Shown here one piece after another: positions 18,468 to 26,890 of a DNA stretch of 64,000 nucleotides. The stretch comes from a virus: positions 64,001 to 128,000 of the IMG/VR virus record IMGVR_UViG_3300045988_140928; one strand, given 5' to 3'. The stretch's first letter is position 1, and each line of letters begins with the position of its first letter. A program made the position numbers and the translations under genes. The notes below the pieces were generated by a model, which saw only the letters and a program-made list of their open reading frames with translations, was not told the DNA's origin and did no database searches.

Positions 18468-20114
18468 TTACTTTTTTACTAAACCAAAAGGTTTTAAGTC
18501 TCCCACAGAAAAAATACCGAGTTCATACATAACTCTTAACATAACTTTTTGATGATCACATTGAAATTGTCCTTTTTTAGCTCTAGAGTCGTCATTAAAA
18601 TAAACATTACTCCAATCATAACCACCTGCGTCAGTCCTTATTGGATTAATAACTTTAGTATTAGGTCCCCAGTAGTCAGCACGATCAGTTATTTTTGAAA
18701 TAGCGTCTAAAGTCAAAGTCCCCCGACTTGCCGACATAATACCACCAATCAAAGGCCACATATCAAGGTTTGTATTCTGAACGTTCGCAGAATAACCATA
18801 GCCATAAATAGTTGCAAAGGTTCCATAATCAGGAATTTGTAACCCACAACCGTTATCAAACCAGATAGTCCAAGGAGTTGTAGTCCGATCTAAAGTATAT
18901 CCTGTAGGAGCATGGCGAACATTAGTCGCTTTTAGTGATTGAATCCACTGTGACTCAGTACCGTTAAAACCATTTGAAACAGCTAACTCATAAGCAGATC
19001 TTCCGTCTTTTCCAGTCTTCCCTGTAGGACCCTGTAAAGAAACTAAAACCTTACTAAAGTCCAAAGTTTCCGCTTCGTGGTCAATTTTAGCAACTTCAAC
19101 TAAGCTACCATTAGGTTGTAACAAATAATCTCCTACATTAGGTACCACATTAGAGTCAACTAATAAATCAGGGTAGCTAACAGAGGTTAAATTACCACCC
19201 AAAGTAAGTTTAGTTAAATATATTGAACGTCCTTGATCTCCTTTTGGTCCTTGCAATCCTCGTGGACCAGTTTTTCCAATAGAACCTTGAATACCTTGAG
19301 GCCCTTCTTCACCGTCAGCACCCTTAGGACCAACCGGACCTCGATCACCCTTAGAACCTTTAAGATAACTAAAGAAATCATCCTCCGTACCGGAATGACC
19401 ACTATTAAGCCAAACCTGATAAGCAGAAAGACCGTCAGAACCATCCTTACCAACAGAACCCTTATCTCCTTTGGGTCCAATAGGTCCTTGGTCTCCCTTA
19501 TCGCCCTTTGGACCTGCTGGACCCCGCTCACCTTGAGGACCAACCGGACCAATAGATCCGTCTTTACCATTTTCACCTCTAGGACCCTGTGGTCCAATTG
19601 GTCCTTGCTCACCCTTTGGTCCAGCAGGACCTATAGGACCAACACTACCAGTATCACCTTTGTCCCCTTTTGGTCCTTGTGGTCCAGCGGGTCCGGGAGG
19701 CCCTTGAACAGCAGTCGAACTACTAGACGCTATTTCCTTTCTAAGCTCATCAATAGTTATAGTACTAATTACCTTACCATTAACATTTTCAATATTATTA
19801 GCAAGATAAATACTCTTCGTACCATCATCAGGATAAATTGAATTCCTACCATTCTCGTCTGTTACCCACACCTCAAAATAGTAGTAATCAGATGGTAAGT
19901 CTTTAAACTGTTCACTACCAATATTAATTGCTTTATCCGTAACTTCACAGTCAACGTCTTTTAAGTAACCAGTTTTATTACCCATTTTTACAACAACGTT
20001 ATCACTATCGTTAAATGATACTTTATATCCTTGCTCATCCGTTAAGGTAAAGATATAAGTTCTACTTGTATCTCCCGATTTTTGCCAAATCGAATTTATA
20101 AATAAGTCTCTCAT
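18468..20114 (-). CDS. BppU-like baseplate/fibre protein with collagen stalk and C-terminal globular domain
   Basis: N-terminal Ig-like domain, then about 150 aa of G-X-Y, then a knob like those in 11553-13568, then a unique C-terminus. Confidence 0.75.
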   Translation of the reverse strand: MRDLFINSIWQKSGDTSRTYIFTLTDEQGYKVSFNDSDNVVVKMGNKTGYLKDVDCEVTDKAINIGSEQFKDLPSDYYYFEVWVTDENGRNSIYPDDGTKSIYLANNIENVNGKVISTITIDELRKEIASSSSTAVQGPPGPAGPQGPKGDKGDTGSVGPIGPAGPKGEQGPIGPQGPRGENGKDGSIGPVGPQGERGPAGPKGDKGDQGPIGPKGDKGSVGKDGSDGLSAYQVWLNSGHSGTEDDFFSYLKGSKGDRGPVGPKGADGEEGPQGIQGSIGKTGPRGLQGPKGDQGRSIYLTKLTLGGNLTSVSYPDLLVDSNVVPNVGDYLLQPNGSLVEVAKIDHEAETLDFSKVLVSLQGPTGKTGKDGRSAYELAVSNGFNGTESQWIQSLKATNVRHAPTGYTLDRTTTPWTIWFDNGCGLQIPDYGTFATIYGYGYSANVQNTNLDMWPLIGGIMSASRGTLTLDAISKITDRADYWGPNTKVINPIRTDAGGYDWSNVYFNDDSRAKKGQFQCDHQKVMLRVMYELGIFSVGDLKPFGLVKK

Positions 20115-21397
20115 TAGTAACTCAAGACCTGTCCGGGATAAATTAGGTTAGCATTTCTTAAACCATTAGTAGCTACTAAATGATTTACAGAAGTACCTAA
20201 GCGATAAGCAATTGTTGAAAGGTTATCGCCATAACGAACAGTATAAGATCTACGTTGTTGTACTTGAGCATTTCCACTAATCTTTAATACTTGACCGGGG
20301 TAGATAGTATTGTAAATACTCTTACCATTAATTTGTGCAAGAGTGTACATACTCATACCATGATCATTAGCAATCTTCCACCAGCTATCCCCGTAACGGA
20401 CAGTATAGGTTGAAGTTTGTTGAGTATTATTGTTAGCATTAGGAACTGGTTTTTGAACCTTGTTAGATACAGAATTACCTTCGCCCTTGTCAGCTACCCG
20501 AAGAACTTGTCCCGGATAGATAACAGAATTAATAGTGCTTCCATTAAGTTTAGCTAAGGCGTACATATCCATTCCATGGTCATTAGCAATCTTCCACCAG
20601 CTATCACCAGACTTAACTGTGTAATTATGGGTATCTTGATGAAGTTGCTTACCCTGTTCTGTTGCTGGAGTTTCAGTCTTAGGTTTTTGAGCATTACCGT
20701 TAGTATAACCATTATCAGTAATACCAGTTAAGTCAATATTCCGATCAAGGCCACCAGCAATCGCCGTTGAAGTAAATTGGAACATACCAATGTTCTCGAA
20801 ACTAGGGAAGAAGTTATAGTTTGGTTCTCTAGTTACGGCGTAGTTTGGATACTCAGCCAACCAGAGTTGGTACTTACTTGCTAAATAATGAAGATCAGTA
20901 TTGTTTACAAGATAGTTCTTATAGCCATAGACCATTGGAGTATATCCTGCATCTTTAATCCGTTGACAAGCATGGTCAATAGCTTGTGTATTCTGGTAGC
21001 CTGATTCTACATCCAGAGCAATAATTGAGCCTTTAGGTGTTTGTACCTTAGGTAAAAAGTAATTCAATACTTGATCTGCTTGCTGAGTAGTTGTAACATT
21101 TTGCCACCAGATGTAATTATGCGCCCGTTTACCTTGTGCAATTGCACTTCTTACTTGTGATCCATAAGTCCACTGATCATAGAGATTCCAACCGGTAGTA
21201 GTGCCACCCATCTGAATAATGGCAAACTTATCATCTGGGTAGCCAAAGATTCCATTTGCGCCCTGATATTTCGACCAATCGACACCATGGTCACCTTTGG
21301 CCGCCATTACTGTTCCAGAGGAAAGAGACATCGTTGCCCCAAGAGTTACTAAGGCTACTGTTGCAACAGCTAATTTCTTAAAATAATGTTTTCCCAT
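20114..21397 (-). CDS. endolysin: signal peptide + GH25 muramidase + 3 LysM
   Basis: MGKHYFKKLAVATVALVTLGATMSLSSGTVMA (Sec-type signal), GVDWSKYQG GH25 opening, and three YTV+GD+...IYPGQVL LysM repeats. Start set at ATG 21397. Confidence 0.85.
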   Translation of the reverse strand: MGKHYFKKLAVATVALVTLGATMSLSSGTVMAAKGDHGVDWSKYQGANGIFGYPDDKFAIIQMGGTTTGWNLYDQWTYGSQVRSAIAQGKRAHNYIWWQNVTTTQQADQVLNYFLPKVQTPKGSIIALDVESGYQNTQAIDHACQRIKDAGYTPMVYGYKNYLVNNTDLHYLASKYQLWLAEYPNYAVTREPNYNFFPSFENIGMFQFTSTAIAGGLDRNIDLTGITDNGYTNGNAQKPKTETPATEQGKQLHQDTHNYTVKSGDSWWKIANDHGMDMYALAKLNGSTINSVIYPGQVLRVADKGEGNSVSNKVQKPVPNANNNTQQTSTYTVRYGDSWWKIANDHGMSMYTLAQINGKSIYNTIYPGQVLKISGNAQVQQRRSYTVRYGDNLSTIAYRLGTSVNHLVATNGLRNANLIYPGQVLSY

Positions 21398-21488
21398 TGC
21401 TAGAGTTAGCACTAGGAGAAACTAGGTTACGGCTAGGCTATCCTAGTCTAACATTCTAACCTCCTTATATTGAATTCAATACAAGAAT

Positions 21489-21504
21489 AAGATTGTACAA
21501 TCTT
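21489..21504. promoter_or_regulatory. perfect 16-bp palindrome AAGATTGTACAATCTT upstream of the endolysin leader
   Basis: Read directly. It shares the TTGTACAA core with the palindromes at 46644-46655 and 51496-51507. Confidence 0.5.
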
Positions 21505-21524
21505 GTATCAATATTAATATAAGG

Positions 21525-21569
21525 AAATAAAAGAAAAACACCCTGCGCTGGAGATACCACAAGGTGTTT
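21525..21569 (-). terminator. rho-independent terminator of the tRNA operon
   Basis: Minus strand reads AAACACC-20 nt-GGTGTTT followed by TTTCTTTTATTT. Confidence 0.6.
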
Positions 21570-21659
21570 AACAGAAAAATAAGAAAAAGAAGTATAATAA
21601 TGACCAAACACTATTATACGAGGCTAAGAAGAATAAAATGAGAAAGACTTCTTAGCCAA

Positions 21660-21840
21660 TAGCAATTGCAGGAGTCGAACCTACCTAGATAGAAAACAGA
21701 TAAGATAAAGAAATTGAAAGGACTTAAGCCGTTTTATGAATATAACTCAGTCTTCTATGTATTACAGCAAAATTATTTTGAAATCCAATTTTATTGGAAG
21801 GAGGTGTTTATATAAAATCTATCTATACCACTAAATTGCT
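21660..21840 (-). ncRNA. 181-nt tRNA-capped RNA (acceptor stem + T-arm enclosing a large insert)
   Basis: 5' AGCAATT pairs perfectly with 3' AATTGCT. T-arm is GTAGG-TTCGACT-CCTGC and the D-loop-like segment is TAGTGGTA. An 8-bp helix TAGATAGA/TCTATCTA closes an insert of about 115 nt that contains CACCUCCUU. It starts 4 nt after tRNA-Arg. Confidence 0.6.
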
Positions 21841-21844
21841 ACAA

Positions 21845-21917
21845 TGTCCCGACCGAGACTCGGACTCGGATTTTCGGATTAGAAATCCGATGTTTTATCC
21901 AGTTAGACTATCGAGAC
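21845..21917 (-). tRNA. tRNA-Arg (anticodon UCU)
   Basis: Hand-folded. Acceptor GTCTCGA/TCGGGAC, anticodon arm TCGGA-TTTCTAA-TCCGA, T-arm CCGAG-TCCGAGT-CTCGG. One D-stem mismatch and no encoded CCA. Confidence 0.75.
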
Positions 21918-22057
21918 AAGTGTGCTATTAACACACATGGTTACACTTATACGTCCGAACACAAATTACAAACCAAAATAAGAAACCACTATTCAACATC
22001 AAATGTCATTAAGAAGGAAGGACCTAGTTACCATCACCCAAAGATAGCTAAGCCCAA

Positions 22058-22130
22058 TTGCGGAGACAGGACTTGAACCTGTGACCTCCAGATAATGAGT
22101 CTGGCGAGCTACCAACTGCTCCACCCCACG
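22058..22130 (-). tRNA. initiator-type tRNA-Met (CAU) with non-canonical anticodon stem
   Basis: CGTGGGGTGGAGCAGTTGGTAGCTCGCCAGACTCATTATCTGGAGGTCACAGGTTCAAGTCCTGTCTCCGCAA. It has the C1xA72 mismatch, A11:U24 and a CAU anticodon. The anticodon stem is CCAGA/TCTGG rather than 3xG:C. Confidence 0.8.
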
Positions 22131-22188
22131 ATAAGAAAGGATTGGTCATTTGACTAACATTTAATTAATGTATTTAACCAACAATTTT

Positions 22189-22217
22189 ATAATACACCTG
22201 TCTTATCATAAAAGCAA
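22189..22217 (-). promoter_or_regulatory. sigma-A-type promoter of the tRNA operon
   Basis: Minus strand reads TTGCTT-17 nt-TATTAT, about 55 nt upstream of the first tRNA. Confidence 0.55.
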
Positions 22218-22230
22218 GAGGAATCGTGAA

Positions 22231-22662
22231 TTAATTTCCGAAATCCATCTGATCTAACTCACTCATATCAAAACCCTGCCCGAAATCAAGGTTCTCTTGG
22301 CCGTTCGGAACCTTTTGTTCCTTTTTAAGTTGACCAATTAAACGCCCTGCGTCTTTCTTAGTTAAATTAGCTAGGTTTAGACTTTCAGGGTCTTTATTAG
22401 CCTTGTTAGCCAATTGGCGAATATAGTTAAGCTGGCGATTGGTAGCAGGCTCTCCTGCACGATTACGTGGTCTCATATCACCCAACTGTTTAGGCTGATA
22501 ACCTTGGTTAGCGATAGCCACTTTAACTAAGCAAAAAAGCACATTGTCTTCATCAAATGGAACAATATTAACTACTCGATATTCGTTCCCCGCATTAATT
22601 TTTTTAACCTTTTCTTCTACCTTATCTTTTTCAACTGTATAAGCTAAATCAATATAATTCAT
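22231..22662 (-). CDS. hypothetical protein
   Basis: 143-aa ORF. The C-terminal half reads ..ATNRQLNYIRQLANKANKD... No family assigned. Confidence 0.6.
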   Translation of the reverse strand: MNYIDLAYTVEKDKVEEKVKKINAGNEYRVVNIVPFDEDNVLFCLVKVAIANQGYQPKQLGDMRPRNRAGEPATNRQLNYIRQLANKANKDPESLNLANLTKKDAGRLIGQLKKEQKVPNGQENLDFGQGFDMSELDQMDFGN

Positions 22663-22663
22663 G

Positions 22664-23005
22664 TTAGTCGTCCTCCTCTGCTTCTGCTAATTGTGTTTCT
22701 AAATCAGCTACTTGATCTTCGTATTCAGCACGAACGTCATCAACAAAATTATCCCACTCATCGTCTTTTTGATCTAACTCGTTATCAAGGTTAGTAATTT
22801 GTGCAGTAGCCTCTCCAAGCAATTCAATTAAGCTGATAGCTAAGTCGCTGAAACGATCCTGTTCATTATCATAATATTTTGGATCTATATCTCGAAGGGT
22901 AGCATTAACATAATCAAGCCAACGGGTACGACCATTAGCAAGTCTAGCGTCTACATCAATGTTTTCGCCTGCATGAGCAATAAGCTCTTTAGTAGTAATT
23001 GCCAC
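22664..23005 (-). CDS. hypothetical acidic protein
   Basis: 113 aa, very acidic C-terminus, 1-nt gap to the next gene. Confidence 0.6.
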   Translation of the reverse strand: MAITTKELIAHAGENIDVDARLANGRTRWLDYVNATLRDIDPKYYDNEQDRFSDLAISLIELLGEATAQITNLDNELDQKDDEWDNFVDDVRAEYEDQVADLETQLAEAEEDD

Positions 23006-23115
23006 AATAAGTAATCCTCACATTCAACTAAAATTGGACTAATTAAGACAAAAATAAAAAGCCCTATGTATAACTTAAGTATAACATAAGACTAGTTGAT
23101 GTCAATTATTTAATT

Positions 23116-23718
23116 TTAATACCAACCATGTGATTGCCAGAATGATTGAGCATTAGCCCATGACCCATAGCGATTAGTAACGTATTGTTGAGCTACTCGT
23201 TCTTGGTTAGCTTCTGAATAGTCACCATTTAAGTAAGAAGCGTCTAATTGGTAACGTCCAATATAACGTCCATTAGTAGCTCCATAACTACCGCCAGACT
23301 CACGGTTAGCAATCCATTCTTTAGCTGATTGTTCTGAACCAGAAACAACTGGTGTAGCTGATTGACTTTGAGCTGGAGTAGTAGGTTGTTGTACAGGAGC
23401 TTGTGACTGTACTGGTTGAGTAGTTTGTACAGGTTGAGTATTAACAGTAGCTTGACTAGCTGGTTGAGCTTGGTTAGCTACTGGAGTTTGTACATTATTA
23501 GTAGTTGGTTGTTGCGCTTCTGGGGTAAGCACTAAAATATCACCAACGAAGATCTTGTTAGCATCGCTAAGTTGACTAGCAGATGCAATTGTTGATATAT
23601 CAGTTCCGTACTTGTTAGCGATGCTAGAAACAGTATCTCCAGCTTCTACACGTACATGAGTATCATCAATCTTAGTGTCAGCATTAGCTGTAGTAGCACC
23701 AAGTAAAGCACCAGCCAT
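23116..23718 (-). CDS. secreted LysM + APF-like (aggregation-promoting-factor C-terminal domain) protein; true start uncertain
   Basis: LysM (VEAGDTVSSIANKYGTDISTI..ILVL), a Q/P/T-rich linker, then ..KEWIANRESGGSYGATNGRYIGRYQLDASYLNGDYSEANQERVAQQYVTNRYGSWANAQSFWQSHGWY, typical of Lactobacillus APF/surface proteins. The frame continues upstream (..LLSKKNNIKFALAGAV) without a canonical start. Confidence 0.7.
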   Translation of the reverse strand: MAGALLGATTANADTKIDDTHVRVEAGDTVSSIANKYGTDISTIASASQLSDANKIFVGDILVLTPEAQQPTTNNVQTPVANQAQPASQATVNTQPVQTTQPVQSQAPVQQPTTPAQSQSATPVVSGSEQSAKEWIANRESGGSYGATNGRYIGRYQLDASYLNGDYSEANQERVAQQYVTNRYGSWANAQSFWQSHGWY

Positions 23719-23945
23719 AACAGCACCGGCTAAAGCGAATTTAATATTGTTCTTCTTAGATAATAAAATAAACCATCTATCCTTTCGTTTACATATGAAT
23801 TCTTTGTTTGTTCATATAAAATTCATATTTGATTACATCTTTACTATAGCACGCACCTATTACAGAACAACTACAGCAATGTTACAACAATATTACAGAA
23901 TTAAGGCAAAATAAAAAGACCTGTCAATTAGACAAGCCCTAATTC

Positions 23946-24281
23946 TTAATTATTATCTTTTGAACTGAGTAAACGTTTGAGGAATTCGATACTATCATCA
24001 TCTAAATCAATACCGTCAGAAGTAACTATTTCTAAGTCATCTTCATCTAATTCTTCATCAATATCATCGTCACTAGTAAGAATACCATTAATAATAGCAT
24101 TAGCTAATTCTTGAGGGTAACCATTAACTTCGCAAAGAGCGTCAACAGCTACACCAATTGAAAAGATGATGTCGTCAAAATTAACTCCATCCCAAGTATC
24201 ACCCATCTTTTCAATTAGGTCTTGGGCCATATCAATAGCATGTTCATAGTCTGCTTGTTGTTTCTTATTAAGTTCAGTCAT
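23946..24281 (-). CDS. hypothetical acidic protein
   Basis: Start trimmed to MTELNKKQ (GGAAAGGAAG SD 8 nt upstream). Confidence 0.6.
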   Translation of the reverse strand: MTELNKKQQADYEHAIDMAQDLIEKMGDTWDGVNFDDIIFSIGVAVDALCEVNGYPQELANAIINGILTSDDDIDEELDEDDLEIVTSDGIDLDDDSIEFLKRLLSSKDNN

Positions 24282-24314
24282 TATTATAACTTCCTTTCCT
24301 TTAATATGTTTCAT

Positions 24315-24343
24315 ATTTTAACTTCGATATTCTTGGAAGTCAA
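24315..24343 (-). promoter_or_regulatory. sigma-A-type promoter
   Basis: Minus strand reads TTGACT-17 nt-TAAAAT, directly upstream of 23946-24281. Confidence 0.55.
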
Positions 24344-25126
24344 TTAGTTTTTACTTTTAATTGCTTCTTTTGCTAAATCCATTAGCTTTCGATCTGGAGT
24401 AGTGTAAACAAATAATACGTTAGGGAAATCTGCTAATCGTCTAACAATATCTTCTAATAAATCTGCATTTTTAACTTTTTGCCCATCAGTTTTAAGAAAT
24501 CCGTTTTTAATCCAAGTAGCTAACCAGCTTTTTCTAGTAAAGATATTAATTAGGTACTGATTATTAGTTCTTATCAAAATATGTTTTCTTTTATTTCCTT
24601 TATAATCTTTAAGAAAATAGTCTAAAGCTTTAAGAGCTAATCTAGGAGTATTATCCATTGTAACTTTAGCTAACGACCTATTATTTTTCTTATCCTTATT
24701 ATGATTAATTGAATATGCAAAAGCACCATAAGACTTATTAGGTTTATATCCTAACAAAGCAACATTACAAGTGATATTAGTAGGAATAGATTCTACTACC
24801 TTTAAAGGGGCGTAATTAATATGTTTTAAACTCTTTAATTTTTGAGGTTTATTTCTACGTTTATAGTTATGAATGAATATTCCAGCCTGTCTTTTAGATC
24901 TGAACTTCCTAAAGACTGGATCAGGATAATTTAGAATTTCTTTTTCACATCTGTTCCAATTATTGTAAATCCCAGTATGCCACCCTTTAGCAACTGCATA
25001 ATAGTAACCATTATTAGAGCTATAATTATACCCATAATTATTTCTTTTCCTTCTTTTACGCTTTTTATTATTTTTGGACTTACTGCCGGACTTTCTGAAA
25101 AAGATCTCGTCAACATAATTTGTCAT
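24344..25126 (-). CDS. RNase H1-like protein with N-terminal hybrid-binding domain; catalytic residues look substituted
   Basis: YYAVAKGWHTGIYNNWNRCEKEILNYPDPVFRKFRSKRQAGIFI is the RNase H1 N-terminal domain. The C-terminus ..TNNQYLINIFTRKSWLATWIKNGFLKTDGQKVKNADLLEDI aligns to the E. coli TDSQY..W..W..GW.T..G..V.N.DL block, but TDS reads TNN. Start at ATG 25126 (AAGGAG SD). Confidence 0.6.
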   Translation of the reverse strand: MTNYVDEIFFRKSGSKSKNNKKRKRRKRNNYGYNYSSNNGYYYAVAKGWHTGIYNNWNRCEKEILNYPDPVFRKFRSKRQAGIFIHNYKRRNKPQKLKSLKHINYAPLKVVESIPTNITCNVALLGYKPNKSYGAFAYSINHNKDKKNNRSLAKVTMDNTPRLALKALDYFLKDYKGNKRKHILIRTNNQYLINIFTRKSWLATWIKNGFLKTDGQKVKNADLLEDIVRRLADFPNVLFVYTTPDRKLMDLAKEAIKSKN

Positions 25127-25639
25127 TATTACCACTCCTTATTCAAATTATCCATATGATAACTTCAAAAGTTGAAGAAGTAAATCACAAGTTCAATTAA
25201 TCGTCTCTTTTGACCTTTGTTAAATAATTCACAAGTACCTATAAAAATATAACTTATTATTTATTAGTAGTAAGCACTGAATCTATAACATTGAGCAATA
25301 TCTTATTTGTATTAAGACTAACTTTAGATAAGTAACTCTCCGTGTAATTTTAAACAATCTATTAATCTGAGTTAAATTATAACTTATTGTTACTTTTTTA
25401 CTGCTACTTAGATTATTCTTGGGGACGTACCTTTCCATCATAGGGAAAGGTAATTTCCCCAAACCCCTTTTGCCAAAGCTGTTAAATTCCAAGGAATTTA
25501 ATATTGTATATTTATTCTTAATTCTTATTTTTATACCTTAATTTTTTATTTCTTAAGTTAACATTATTTTTAATAATCTTAACTTAATTGATAAAGTAAT
25601 AATAAGGAATATGTTTAAATAAGATAATCTAAAGTATTG

Positions 25640-26890
25640 ATATTAAGTAAGACTAGTAATACCTTTCCAGAGGGAGTGAGAGAAGAATATTTATCCCTGT
25701 TGGTTTAGAGACAAATATAAGTTAAATATTGCAAGTATATAATAAGACTACTAGTAAGTATATACTAATAGCTTTAATATACAATTACAGATAATCAACT
25801 TATGACGAAAAGGTAAACCTTTCCATCAGTCGGTCGGTCATCATTAATCAATTTATTGACTATAGCAAGTCAAGCTATAGTCATGCGCTAAGCTTTTTAC
25901 ATTCCTGTTGTCATCCCAAGAATGCTTTGTCAAACAATGTTACTTGTTTAACAGAGGTAATGAATAGCACTCCCACAACTTTAACCTCATACACTGCTAG
26001 GTACCCTAAAGCACTGGGTATCAGGATTTTTCTATCTTTTCACATTGGTTTTTAATCTATGTATGAGTAGACTCGTTTTATTAATTGACATTTACAACCG
26101 TGTGCTAACTACTACCATAAGGATGTGAATCTTTTAAATTCGAGCATCTGAACCTTATGCTTCATTCTCAAGTGTGTATGTAAATTTTAATACTGTTGAC
26201 TAAAAAGCTTAGCTAAGAAATGACTTAACTAAGCTTTAAAGCACGAAATGATGTTCAATATCTCAATTAACAATTCTGCAATCTCAACAGAAGCTAACAA
26301 ATCAACCTCCAGACCGTTGGGTCGTGGCGTCATCCCACTCCAACACTACACGGCGAATCTGTCGCCAGATCCTTTTCCAGACCAGATTAATTTTGGTCCC
26401 CTCTTTGTAGCGAGTTCCCTCTGTGATATAAAGTGTGGTAAGGGCTACACCTAGTTGATAATTAACACCGGGATCTCACAACGACAATAGTGCTTATTGC
26501 CCCAGCTTGCCCCCTCTGCAAATCCACCTTCGTGAGGTTTCATCTTGTGGTGTCTTGTCTTATCGAGGACGGTTAGTAACATCTACTATACACCCCCGTG
26601 GAAAAGCTCTCCATGCCCTTTTCTCATTAGGCTGGCTTATGCTCCAATTTATATTTGTTTTTGGACTGATTTATTAGATCAATCAATAAACCGCCCTTAT
26701 ATTCAATAAAGAAATTTCAAGCGGATTGCTACTTGACTATCTTGTCTGGGAAACTTGATAGTCAAGCAACAACAATTGTCTTCTTGTTTAAGCTGTCCTA
26801 TTTCAGTCTAGGTGTATCCCGTTCCTATTTTAGGAAATAAGATTGAATCTTATTAAGACAAAGCTGTCATTTGCAGACAAATAGATTATA
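25640..26890. ncRNA. candidate large structured non-coding RNA (GOLLD/ROOL-like class?); strand and ends undetermined
   Basis: About 1.9 kb (25127-27024) has no credible ORF, and the centre is visibly GC-richer than the flanks. Local helices include GGCGA-atctg-TCGCC, a 10-bp CTTGACTATC/GATAGTCAAG, AATAAGAT/ATCTTATT and TTCCTA/TAGGAA. TGATATAAT (extended -10) lies on the minus strand at about 26890-26898. Confidence 0.4.

Noticed and set aside
11867-19841. Listed ORFs nested in or antisense to the collagen-like genes (11867-12277, 13091-13345, 15480-15665, 15752-16057, 19214-19612, 19233-19841).
   Set aside because: These are artefacts of the triplet-periodic G-X-Y coding repeats, which keep alternative frames open. 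They lack SDs and give low-complexity L/R/S/T-rich products.
21797-21803. Treating the GGAAGGAGGTG on the plus strand (antisense of the 181-nt RNA) as an SD for a plus-strand gene.
   Set aside because: No canonical start follows it. The only open frame is antisense to tRNA-Arg and would need an AUA start. All neighbouring transcription signals are on the minus strand. A 9-mer match alone is also not statistically strong, which is why the anti-SD idea is kept as a hypothesis only.
21660-21840. Calling the 181-nt element, or the 152-nt one at 31159-31310, a bona fide tmRNA.
   Set aside because: They are about half the size of known tmRNAs. No pseudoknots are evident, there is no G3:U70 alanine identity pair, and the putative tag frames end ..KTA/..DSA rather than ..LAA. 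Only the topology is tmRNA-like.
21845-21917. Possible amber-suppressor tRNA: the anticodon region contains ..TTCTAAT.., which could be read as anticodon CUA.
   Set aside because: The only 5-bp stem with a 7-nt loop is TCGGA-TTTCTAA-TCCGA. That puts U33 and A37 in the right places and gives anticodon UCU (Arg). The CUA reading needs a 5-nt loop.
25283-26454. ORFs 25283-25492 and 26248-26454 as genes in the 1.9-kb gap.
   Set aside because: They have no SD and implausible composition, and they overlap obvious RNA-type hairpins. The region is treated as non-coding.
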